64,000 nt of DNA from contig DATBFW010000137.1 of assembly GCA_036558285.1 (NCBI GenBank), forward strand, positions 8,697 to 72,696. The letters run 5' to 3'. The notes under the pieces were generated by a model that did no database searches, was not told where the DNA came from, and saw only the letters and a program-made list of their open reading frames with translations. Origin of the DNA: Mycobacteriales bacterium (lineage in GTDB: Bacteria; Actinomycetota; Actinomycetes; Mycobacteriales; CADCTP01). The position numbers and the translations under genes were made by a program. Shown here piece by piece: positions 8,420 to 16,725 of this stretch; within the stretch, counting starts at the first letter, position 1; every line of letters begins with the position of its first letter.

Positions 8420-9190
8420 TCAGGCGGCCTGGAGCGCCTGCTGGTAGAGGTGCTGCACGTCGGCGCCGAAGTACGGGCTGTAGCTCACGTCGTCGGTGTC
8501 GCCGCCCTGCTGGTAGCCGCCGATCACGCCGACCACCGCCCAGGTGTGGGTGTCCCGGTCGAAGTCGGTGAGCCACGGCGTCCCGCTGGTGCCGGGGGCG
8601 TAGCCGGTGCAGGCGACGCGCAGCTGGCCGTCGGCGCGCCGGGTCATGGTGCCGAGGCAGGTGAGCGGGTCGTCGGCGCCGTCCGGGTAGCCCGTCAGCC
8701 GCACGGTGCCGCTGCCCGGCGCGCCGAACGCGATCCGCTCGGCGCCGACCACGTCGGTCACCCGCTGCCCGTTGCGGGGCGCCAGCTCGATGAACGCGAC
8801 GTCGAGGTCGGGGTCGGCGCCGTCGGTCCAGCGCGGGTCGACGGTGACCCTGGCCGCCTTCCACACCCCGTACGGCGCGGTCCCGTTCCGGTACGCCGGC
8901 GCGTACTCCAGGTCGGCGTACGCGGCCAGGCCGGGGCCGGAGGTGACGCAGTGCGCGGCGGTGACGACCAGGTCGGCGTCGCCACCGGAGACGACCGTGC
9001 CGGAGCAGAAGTGGCCGCCGGTGCCGGCCCGGAACAGCGTCCCGGCGTGCCGGGCGGCCTTCTCCGACGCGACCCGGCCGATGCCGTCAGGGGAGGGCGA
9101 GGGTGCGGCCGGTGCGGCTGCCGACGACGTGCACGCGGCCAGCACCAGCGCGGACAGCATCGCCGCGGCTGCCGGCCACCGTCGCGTCAC
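8420..9190 (-). CDS. secreted trypsin-like serine protease (lipoprotein signal)
   Basis: 256-aa ORF with lipobox LVLAAC. It has the His motif VVTAAHCV, an Asp in DVAFIEL, and the Ser motif PGTSGTPW. Confidence 0.8.
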   Translation of the reverse strand: MTRRWPAAAAMLSALVLAACTSSAAAPAAPSPSPDGIGRVASEKAARHAGTLFRAGTGGHFCSGTVVSGGDADLVVTAAHCVTSGPGLAAYADLEYAPAYRNGTAPYGVWKAARVTVDPRWTDGADPDLDVAFIELAPRNGQRVTDVVGAERIAFGAPGSGTVRLTGYPDGADDPLTCLGTMTRRADGQLRVACTGYAPGTSGTPWLTDFDRDTHTWAVVGVIGGYQQGGDTDDVSYSPYFGADVQHLYQQALQAA

Positions 9191-9200
9191 CCGACGGACG

Positions 9201-9914
9201 CTAGCCGGGTCGGCTGTGTGGCGGCTGGGCGACGGCGGACTCGTACCGGTAGCCGTACCCGCGCAGGGTGTGGATCGGGTCGCCGGGCAGGCCCGCGGCG
9301 GCGAGCTTGCGGCGCAGCGCGAGCACGTGCATGTCCAGCGTCTTGGTCGAGCCGGACCAGTTCTCGTCCCAGACCTCGGCCATCAGCCGGTCCCGGGTCA
9401 GTGCCTCGCCGGCGTTGCGGACGAGCATCGCCAGCAGGTCGAACTCCTTTGGCCGCAGCGCCACCTCGGCGCCGTCGACGGTCACCCGCCGGCTGCGCGG
9501 GTCGAGCCGCAGCGGGCCGACCGCGGTCGGCGGCTCGGACCCGGACCCGCCGCCTCGGCGCAGGTGCGCGCGGACCCGGGACAGCAGCTCCAGCAGCCGG
9601 AACGGCTTGGTCAGGTAGTCATCGGCGCCGGCGTCGAGGCCGAGCACCACGTCGATCTCGTCGGTGCGGGCGGTGAGCATGACGATGATCGTGTCGGCCA
9701 GCCGGGCCCGCAGCCGCCGGCACAGCGCGGTGCCGTCGATGTCCGGCAGGCCGAGGTCGAGCAGCACCAGGTCGATCCGCTGGCCCCGGCCGACGTGGTC
9801 CAGCGCGGCCCGTCCGGTGCGGGCCCAGCGCACCTGGTGACCCTGGCCGGCCAGCGCCGCGGCGAGCTGGTCGCCGATGTCCGGGTCGTCCTCGACCAGG
9901 AGCAGCTCAGCCAC
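9201..9914 (-). CDS. OmpR-family response regulator
   Basis: MAELLLVEDDPDIG...DLVLLDLGLPDIDG is the receiver domain. The C-terminal winged helix is LRPKEFDLLAMLVRNAGEALTRDRLMAEVW...LRGYGYRY. Confidence 0.9.
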   Translation of the reverse strand: MAELLLVEDDPDIGDQLAAALAGQGHQVRWARTGRAALDHVGRGQRIDLVLLDLGLPDIDGTALCRRLRARLADTIIVMLTARTDEIDVVLGLDAGADDYLTKPFRLLELLSRVRAHLRRGGGSGSEPPTAVGPLRLDPRSRRVTVDGAEVALRPKEFDLLAMLVRNAGEALTRDRLMAEVWDENWSGSTKTLDMHVLALRRKLAAAGLPGDPIHTLRGYGYRYESAVAQPPHSRPG

Positions 9915-11337
9915 CGGAGGAGTATCCCGCCGGCGACCACTGCGGCAGCAGCAACGTGACTGTCGGGTGCGGGCCGGGGTCCGCGACGGTCAGCCGGGCG
10001 CCGATCGACTCGGCCAGGTCCCGGGCCAGGGCGAGGCCGATCCCGTGGCCGCGGGCGCGCGGGTTGCGGCGCCGGAACGCGCCGGCGAGCACGGCCGGGT
10101 CGAACCCGCCGCCCTCGTCGCGGACGTCGACCGCCACCCCGCCGCCGGCCGTGCGGGCGGCGACGGTGACCGTGCCGGCGCCGTGCTCCAGGGCGTTGCT
10201 GACCAGCACGTCGAGCACCTGGTCGAGCACGGCCGTGGTCGCGGCGGCGGCCGGCAGGCCCGGCTCGATCACCAGGTCGAGGGTGCGCCGGCGGTCCCGG
10301 GCCAGCTCGCCCCAGCGGCCTGCGCGGGCGGCGACCATGACCGCGCCGACGTCGATCGGCTCGACCGGGGCGAGCGGGTCCCGGGACCGGGTGAGCACCT
10401 CGGTGACGGTCGCCTCGACCCGCTCGGCCCGCCGGAGCGCCTCCCGGATGGCCGTGTCCCGGTCCGCGTCCGGCGTGAGGAGCACCCGCTCCAGGCCGAG
10501 GCGCAGCGCCGTGAGCGGGGTCCGCACCTGGTGCGAGGCGTCCGCGGCAGCCGAGCGGGCCTGCTCCAGCAGCGCGCCGAGGCGGCGGGCGGTCGCCTGC
10601 AGCGCGCGGCCGGCCTCGGCCGCCTCGTAGATCGCGGCCGGGCGGGGCTCGATCGCGAAGTCACCGGCTCCGAGCGCATGCGCGGCCCGGGTCATCTCCT
10701 CCAGCGGGGCCGCGATCCGGGCCGCCCGCCGGCGGGCCAGTGCCCACGAGAACGCGAGCACGGCGACGGCGAGGCCGGCCATCACCGCGAAGGTGAGCCA
10801 GGTGCGATCGAGCACGTTCGAGTACGGCAGGGCGGCGCGGACGACGACGTCCTGGCCGTCGGCCCGGACCGGAACCGCGACCTCGAGGTCGCCGCCGGCC
10901 AGGTCCTGTTCCTCGTCCCGGTCGGCGGCCACCCGCACGGCCAGGCCGCTGCGCTCCGGGCCCGAGCCGACCAGCCGGGTGCCGTCGGCCCGGTACGCGG
11001 CCAGCCGGATGCCGGCGTGCCGCACCGGCGGGAGGGCGTACCCGGCGCCGGGTGGCCGGCCGGGGCGCAGCGCGTCGCCGGACAGGTAGCCGGCGCCGCG
11101 GCTGGCCTCGGCCGACAACCGGCCGAACGCCTCGTCCTCGTACAGCCGGGCGGCGGCGACCGCGAGCGGGACGGCGAACAGGGTGACCGCGACGATCGCG
11201 ACCAGCATGATCGCCGAGCCGACCGCGCGGCGGACCGGCACCGTCCTCCCGCGCGCCGGGGCGGGCGGTCGGGTCTGGTCGGGCCCCGGCTCGGGCTCGG
11301 GCTCCTCGACGGCGAGCAGGGTGTCGTTCACGCTCAC
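9907..11337 (-). CDS. sensor histidine kinase (HAMP + HisKA + HATPase)
   Basis: Real part of track ORF 9907..11685(-). It has two TM segments, the H-box SHQVRTPLTAL and ATP-lid GHGIGLALARDLA. The start is uncertain (GTG 11337, or 11331/11346). The 3' end overlaps the regulator start by 8 nt. Confidence 0.8.
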   Translation of the reverse strand: MSVNDTLLAVEEPEPEPGPDQTRPPAPARGRTVPVRRAVGSAIMLVAIVAVTLFAVPLAVAAARLYEDEAFGRLSAEASRGAGYLSGDALRPGRPPGAGYALPPVRHAGIRLAAYRADGTRLVGSGPERSGLAVRVAADRDEEQDLAGGDLEVAVPVRADGQDVVVRAALPYSNVLDRTWLTFAVMAGLAVAVLAFSWALARRRAARIAAPLEEMTRAAHALGAGDFAIEPRPAAIYEAAEAGRALQATARRLGALLEQARSAAADASHQVRTPLTALRLGLERVLLTPDADRDTAIREALRRAERVEATVTEVLTRSRDPLAPVEPIDVGAVMVAARAGRWGELARDRRRTLDLVIEPGLPAAAATTAVLDQVLDVLVSNALEHGAGTVTVAARTAGGGVAVDVRDEGGGFDPAVLAGAFRRRNPRARGHGIGLALARDLAESIGARLTVADPGPHPTVTLLLPQWSPAGYSSGG

Positions 11338-11494
11338 GCCGTCCACGGTGGCACGGGTTGCGCAGGTCGGCGCCGCCGTTGACCGTCCGTTGACCGAGGA
11401 CTGCCCCGCCGTTGGCCGGGTCCTTCGTACAGTCGGGCCGTCCGACGCCGGGCCGGGTCGCCCCGGCGACCCCGCACCGCAGGAGGACCACGAC

Positions 11495-13420
11495 GTGACC
11501 CGGTCGACCGTGACCCGCGACCCGACCCGCCACCCCCGGCCGTCGGCCCGGTGGCTGCTGGCGTGGTGGTCGGGGGCGGCGTCGCGGGGGGCGTCGGTGG
11601 TGGCGGGCGCGACGTGGGTGCTGGGGATCATCACGGTGGCGAGCGCGTTGGTGCCGCCGGACGGAGCCCGGCTGCGGCTGCTCACCGAGCTGCTGCCGTA
11701 CCAGGTCGCCGACGCGGCGGCGGCGGTCGCCGCCGCGCTCGGGGTGCTGCTGCTCTACCTGGCCGGCGGGCTGCGCCGGCGCAAGCACCGGGCCTGGGTG
11801 GCTGCGGTCGTGGTGACCGCGGTGGTGGCGCTGTCCCACCTGGCGAAGGGGCTCGACGTCGAGGAGGCCACCGCCTCGGCGCTGGTGCTCGCGCTGCTGC
11901 TGGGCTGCCGGCGCGAGTTCGGTGCCGAGGCCGACCCGGTCGGGCGGCGACTGGCGGTGCGGCGGTTCGTGCAGCTGGCGGGCTTGGGCGTGGCGCTCGG
12001 GATGCTGCTGCTGCGGGCGTACTCCGGCCAGCTCGTCGGCCGGCCCTCGTTGCGGGCGCAGCTGAGCGAGGTGCTGGTCGGGCTGGTCGGCGTCACCGGC
12101 CCGATCGGGTTCGCCTCGGACCGGGCGGCGGACCTGGTCGGGTCGACGCTGCTCGGCTTCGGCCTGCTCACCGCGTTCGTCACGGCGTACTTCGCGCTGC
12201 GCCCGGCCGAGCCGCCGGCCCTGCTGGACCCGAGCGACGAGCAGCGGCTGCGCGGCCTGCTCGACCGGCACGGCCGGCGCGACTCGCTCGGCTACTTCGC
12301 GCTGCGCCGGGACAAGAGCGTGGTGTTCTCGCCGTCCGGCAAGGCGGCGGTGACCTACCGGGTGCTGCACGGGGTGCTGCTGGCCAGCGGCGACCCGGTC
12401 GGCGACCCGGAGGCGTGGCCCGGGGCGATCGAGGCGACGCTGCGGTTGGCCCGCCGGTATGCCTGGACCCCGGCGGTGATCGGCTGCGGTGAGCGCGGCG
12501 CGACCGTGTGGACCCGGTCCGGCCTCGGCGCGTACGAGCTCGGCGACGAGGCGGTCCTCGAGGTGCCGGCGTTCAGCCTGGACGGGCGGCCGATGCGGGG
12601 GATCCGGCAGGCCGTCGCCCGGGTGCAGCGCGCCGGCGTCACGTCGTCGGTCCGGCGGGCCCGTGACGTCCCACCGGCCGAGCTGGCCGAGCTGGCGGCG
12701 GCGGCGGACGCCTGGCGCGGCGGCGGGGTCGAGCGCGGCTTCTCGATGGCGCTGTCCCGGCTCGGCGATCCCACCGACCCGGACTGCGTGCTGGTCACGG
12801 CCCGGCGGCCGGACGGGTCGCTGTGCGGCCTGCTGCACTTCGTGCCGTGGGGGACCCACGGCCTGTCGCTCGACCTGATGCGCCGGGCCCGGGACGCCGA
12901 CAACGGGATCAACGAGTTCATGGTCGTCGCGCTGGCCGGCCGGTGCGGCGGGCTCGGCGTCACCCGGATCTCGCTGAACTTCGCGGTCATGCGGGCGGCG
13001 CTGGAGAACGGCGAGCGCATCGGTGCCGGTCCGGTCGCGCGACTGTGGCGTTCGACGCTGCTGCTCGCCTCCCGCTGGTGGCAGATCGAGACGCTGCACC
13101 GCTTCAACGCCAAGTTCCAGCCCGGCTGGCAGCCGCGCTACGTCTGCTACGAGTCCGGCCGGCAGCTGCCCCGGGTCGCGCTGGCCGCGCTGGAGGCGGA
13201 GGCGTTCCTCGTCCCGCCCGGGATCGTCGGGCGGGCGCTGCGGCGCGGCTCAGCGCAGCCGCGGGTCGACGTGGATCTTGGGCCCGGGGCCGGCGCCCGC
13301 GGGCCGCTCGCCGGCCAGCACGGCGCCGACCCGGTCGAGTCCGACGGTGGCGGCCACGAGCGGGCGCGGGTTGACGGCGCCGGCCGCGTACGCCGCGATG
13401 GTGGCGTCCAGACCCGGTGA
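11495..13420 (+). CDS. MprF-like phosphatidylglycerol lysyltransferase (multi-TM N-domain + DUF2156 synthase domain)
   Basis: Real part of track ORF 11183..13420. GTG 11495 lies 8 nt after AGGAGG 11481-11486. Several TM helices are followed by SLGYFALRRDK...GVERGFSMALSRLGD...FNAKFQPGWQPRYVCYE. The last roughly 68 codons (after AEAFLVPP) run antisense into the convergent dehydrogenase gene. Confidence 0.8.
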   Translation: MTRSTVTRDPTRHPRPSARWLLAWWSGAASRGASVVAGATWVLGIITVASALVPPDGARLRLLTELLPYQVADAAAAVAAALGVLLLYLAGGLRRRKHRAWVAAVVVTAVVALSHLAKGLDVEEATASALVLALLLGCRREFGAEADPVGRRLAVRRFVQLAGLGVALGMLLLRAYSGQLVGRPSLRAQLSEVLVGLVGVTGPIGFASDRAADLVGSTLLGFGLLTAFVTAYFALRPAEPPALLDPSDEQRLRGLLDRHGRRDSLGYFALRRDKSVVFSPSGKAAVTYRVLHGVLLASGDPVGDPEAWPGAIEATLRLARRYAWTPAVIGCGERGATVWTRSGLGAYELGDEAVLEVPAFSLDGRPMRGIRQAVARVQRAGVTSSVRRARDVPPAELAELAAAADAWRGGGVERGFSMALSRLGDPTDPDCVLVTARRPDGSLCGLLHFVPWGTHGLSLDLMRRARDADNGINEFMVVALAGRCGGLGVTRISLNFAVMRAALENGERIGAGPVARLWRSTLLLASRWWQIETLHRFNAKFQPGWQPRYVCYESGRQLPRVALAALEAEAFLVPPGIVGRALRRGSAQPRVDVDLGPGAGARGPLAGQHGADPVESDGGGHERARVDGAGRVRRDGGVQTR

Positions 13421-14272
13421 CGCGGACAGGATCCCGACCGCGGTGACGTCCTTGAGCACGAGCGCACGGGTGTCGAGCCGGCTCGGCTGGCCGGACAGTC
13501 CGATGTAGACGACCCGGCCGGCCGGCTCGACCAGGTCGAGCGCGCGAGCCGGCAGGTGGCCCGCGTTCGAGGCGTCGACCACCGCGTCGAACGGCAGTGC
13601 CGGCAGGGTGTCCTCGGTCCACACGTGCTCGAAGCCGAGCGACCGGGCGAAGCCGGGGTCGGCGTCCGACCGGCCGAGCAGGTGCACCTCGGCGCCGGCG
13701 GCCCGCGCGAACAGCGCGACCAGCAGGCCGATCGTGCCCGGCCCGAGCACCAGCGCCCGGTCGCCCGGCCCGAGCTCGGCCGCCTCGACGCAGCGCAGCG
13801 CGTTGCCGCCGGGCTCGACCAGCGCGCCGAGCGTGGCGTCCACGTCGTCCGGGAGCGGCCGCAGCGAACCGGCCGGCACCGCGAGCTGGTCGGCCAGCGC
13901 ACCAGGTCGGCCGCCGCGGATGCCGACCTCTTGGCGGCGCTCGCAGACGTGCTGGTGCCCGCGCCGGCAGCGGCGGCAGCTGCCGTCGCCGAGCATGGTG
14001 TCGCCGGTGACCCGACGGCCGACCCAGCCGGGGTCGACCCCGGGGCCGACCGCCGACACCGTGCCGGCCCACTCGTGCCCGAGCCGCATCGGGTAGTGGG
14101 CGTGGCCCTGGTGCAGGTAGGCCATCTCGCCGGTGAAGAACTCCACGTCCGTGCCGCACACCCCGACCCGCTCGACGTCGACGACCACCTCGCCGGGGGT
14201 CGTGACCGGTGCCGGCACCCGTTGCACGCCACCCTGCCCCGGCCCGGTCAGCACGTACGCGCGGATGCGCAT
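13250..14272 (-). CDS. zinc-binding alcohol dehydrogenase (MDR family)
   Basis: 340-aa ORF with VGVCGTDVEF, GHEWAG, the structural-zinc CRRCRRGHQHVC and the NAD fold LVLGPGTIGLL. Confidence 0.9.
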   Translation of the reverse strand: MRIRAYVLTGPGQGGVQRVPAPVTTPGEVVVDVERVGVCGTDVEFFTGEMAYLHQGHAHYPMRLGHEWAGTVSAVGPGVDPGWVGRRVTGDTMLGDGSCRRCRRGHQHVCERRQEVGIRGGRPGALADQLAVPAGSLRPLPDDVDATLGALVEPGGNALRCVEAAELGPGDRALVLGPGTIGLLVALFARAAGAEVHLLGRSDADPGFARSLGFEHVWTEDTLPALPFDAVVDASNAGHLPARALDLVEPAGRVVYIGLSGQPSRLDTRALVLKDVTAVGILSASPGLDATIAAYAAGAVNPRPLVAATVGLDRVGAVLAGERPAGAGPGPKIHVDPRLR

Positions 14273-14348
14273 CAGGCGACTCCCGGTGTCGGCGGCACGG
14301 ACAGCGGGAGTAGACCATCCATGGGGACGACAGGAAGGGACGGCGCCC

Positions 14349-16058
14349 GTGGAGCTCCGCAGCGCGCAGTGGTACGCCGGCGATGGACGGAGCGCCTACA
14401 TCCATCGGGCCTGGATGCGCCGCGGCGTGCCGGGCGACGCGTTCGGGCGGCCGCAGATCGCGATCGCGAACACCGCGTCGGATCTGACGCCGTGCAACCG
14501 GCACCTGACCGAGGTGGCCGTCTCGGTGCGGGACGGCGTGCTGGCGGCCGGCGGCGTGCCGCTGGAGCTGCCGGTCATGTCGCTGGGCGAGACCCAGGTG
14601 CGGCCGACCGCGATGCTCTGGCGCAACCTGGCCGCGATGGCCACCGAGGAGATGCTGCGGGCCAACCCGATCGACGGCGTGGTGCTGCTCGGCGGCTGCG
14701 ACAAGACGATCCCGTCCCTGCTGATGGCGGCCGCGTCGGTCGACCTGCCGGCGGTCGTGGTGCCGGGCGGCCCGATGCTGACCGGCACGTTCCGCGGGGT
14801 GCCGCTCGGCTGCGGGACGGACGTGTGGCGACTGTCGGAGGAGGTGCGTGCGGGCACGCTCACGCCGGACGCGTTCGCCCAGTCGGAATCGGCGATGATC
14901 CGCAGCCGCGGGCACTGCAACACGATGGGCACCGCGTCGACGATGGCCCTGGTCGCCGAGGCACTCGGCACGGTCGTGCCCGGTGTCGCCGGCACGCCGG
15001 CGCCGGACAGCCGCTTGCTGGAGGCGGCGCACGGGACCGGGCGGCTGGCGGTCGAGCTGGTCGCGTCCGGCCGGCGACCCCGCTCGTTCCTGACCCGGGC
15101 GTCGTTCCACAACGCGATCGTGGCGCTGGCGGCGATCGGCGGGTCGACCAACGCGGTCGTGCACCTGCTGGCGATCGCGGGCCGGCTCGGCGTCGATCTC
15201 ACGCTCGACGACGTCGACCGGATCGGATCGCGGGTGCCGGTGCTGGTGGACCTGTTGCCGGCCGGGCGGTTCCTGATGGAGGACTTCCACCGGGCCGGCG
15301 GGCTGCTGGCGGTGCTGCGTGAGGTCCGCGACCTGCTCGACCCGACCGCGCTGACGGTCACCGGGCGGCCGCTGGTCGACCACCTGGACGACGCGCCGAT
15401 CTGGGACACGGAGGTGATCCGTCCTCGCTCGGCGCCGCTGGTGGCCGAGGGCGGGATCGCCGTGCTCCGCGGCAACCTCGCGCCGGACGGTGCGGTGGTC
15501 AAGCCGGCGGCGGCGTCGCCGCACCTGCTCCGGCACCGCGGTCGGGCGATGGTGTTCGACTCGATCGAGGACTTCAACGCCCGGATCGACGACCCGGACC
15601 TGGACGTCGACGCCGACTCGGTGCTGGTGCTGCGCGGCTGCGGGCCGAAGGGATATCCCGGGATGCCGGAGGTATCGAACCTGCCGCTGCCGCCCAAGCT
15701 GCTCGCGCAGGGCGTGCGGGACATGGTGCGGGTCTGCGACGGGCGGATGAGCGGCACCGCGTACGGCACGGTGGTGCTGCACGTGGCGCCGGAGGCGGCC
15801 GCCGGCGGGCCGCTTGCCCGGATCCGGACCGGAGACGTGATCAGCCTCGACGTCGCCGCCCGCCGCATCGACGTCGAGCTGCCGGACGAGGAGCTGGCGG
15901 CACGCACGCCGAGCGAGGCGGCGGTGGCGGGCTATGCGCGGCCGACCCGCGGCTGGGAGCGCCTCTACATCGACCACGTCGGCCAGGCCGACACCGGAGC
16001 CGACCTCGACTTCCTCCGCGGGTCCAGCGGCTCGGCCGTGACCCGCGACTCGCACTGA
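14349..16058 (+). CDS. IlvD/Edd family dehydratase (sugar-acid/dihydroxy-acid dehydratase)
   Basis: Real part of track ORF 14133..16058. GTG 14349 lies 8 nt after AGGAAGGGA 14332-14340. VELRSAQWYAGDGRSAYIHRAWMRR...GGCDKTIPS...GHCNTMGTASTM...CDGRMSGTAYG are family signatures. Confidence 0.9.
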   Translation: MELRSAQWYAGDGRSAYIHRAWMRRGVPGDAFGRPQIAIANTASDLTPCNRHLTEVAVSVRDGVLAAGGVPLELPVMSLGETQVRPTAMLWRNLAAMATEEMLRANPIDGVVLLGGCDKTIPSLLMAAASVDLPAVVVPGGPMLTGTFRGVPLGCGTDVWRLSEEVRAGTLTPDAFAQSESAMIRSRGHCNTMGTASTMALVAEALGTVVPGVAGTPAPDSRLLEAAHGTGRLAVELVASGRRPRSFLTRASFHNAIVALAAIGGSTNAVVHLLAIAGRLGVDLTLDDVDRIGSRVPVLVDLLPAGRFLMEDFHRAGGLLAVLREVRDLLDPTALTVTGRPLVDHLDDAPIWDTEVIRPRSAPLVAEGGIAVLRGNLAPDGAVVKPAAASPHLLRHRGRAMVFDSIEDFNARIDDPDLDVDADSVLVLRGCGPKGYPGMPEVSNLPLPPKLLAQGVRDMVRVCDGRMSGTAYGTVVLHVAPEAAAGGPLARIRTGDVISLDVAARRIDVELPDEELAARTPSEAAVAGYARPTRGWERLYIDHVGQADTGADLDFLRGSSGSAVTRDSH

Positions 16059-16072
16059 GCCCGGCGCGGTGC

Positions 16073-16723
16073 TCATCGGTGGGTGTTGAGGTAGCGGAGG
16101 ACGGCGAGGACCCGGCGGTTGTCGGCGTCGGCGGCCGGGAGGTCGAGCTTGGTGAAGATCGCACTCACGTGCTTCTCCACGCTGCGGCCGGCCAGGTGCA
16201 GCGTCTCGGCGATCGCGACGTTGGACCGGCCTTCGGCGATCAGGCCGAGGATCTCCCGCTCGCGGTCGCTGAGCCGGGCGAGCCCCGCGTCGATCGCCGC
16301 CGCCGAGAGCAGCTGGCGGACCACCTCGGGGTCGAGGACGGTGCCACCGCCGACCAGTCGATGCAGCGCCTCGATGAACGCGTCGGTGCTCACGATGCGG
16401 TCCTTGAGCAGGTAGCCGACCCGGGCGGTGTCGTCGGCCAGCAGCTGGCGCGCGTAGCTGGTCTCGACCCACTGGGAGAAGACGAGCACCGCGGTCTCCG
16501 GCCGGTCGGTCCGGATCCGGATGGCGGCGCGGATGCCCTCGTCGGTGTGCGTCGGCGGCATCCGCACGTCGAGCACCGCGACGTCCGGCCGGTGCTCATA
16601 CACGGCCGCAACCGCGCCGTCGGCGTTGTCGACCGCCCCGACGACGTCGATGCCGTGGTCGGTGAGCAGCAGCGAGATGCCGTCCCGCAGCAGCGGGTTG
16701 TCCTCGGCGATCACCGCACGCAT
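16073..16723 (-). CDS. NarL/LuxR-family response regulator
   Basis: C-terminal 216 aa of track ORF 16073..17425(-), from ATG 16723 after AGGAGG. MRAVIAEDNPLLRDG...VLDVRMPP is the receiver. The LuxR HTH is LSDREREILGLIAEGRSNVAIAETLHLAGRSVEKHVSAIFTKL. Confidence 0.9.
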   Translation of the reverse strand: MRAVIAEDNPLLRDGISLLLTDHGIDVVGAVDNADGAVAAVYEHRPDVAVLDVRMPPTHTDEGIRAAIRIRTDRPETAVLVFSQWVETSYARQLLADDTARVGYLLKDRIVSTDAFIEALHRLVGGGTVLDPEVVRQLLSAAAIDAGLARLSDREREILGLIAEGRSNVAIAETLHLAGRSVEKHVSAIFTKLDLPAADADNRRVLAVLRYLNTHR

Positions 16724-16725
16724 GC

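Noticed and set aside
13104-16472. Very long track ORFs: 13104..16472(-) 1122 aa, 58346..62005(-) 1219 aa, 40447..43638(-) 1063 aa, 10661..13099(-) 812 aa, 34981..37686(+) 901 aa and similar.
   Set aside because: Their translations are dominated by Arg/Pro/Gly/Ala runs with no recognisable motifs. They lie antisense or off-frame to ORFs with clear family signatures. This is the typical stop-poor shadow-frame behaviour of very GC-rich DNA.
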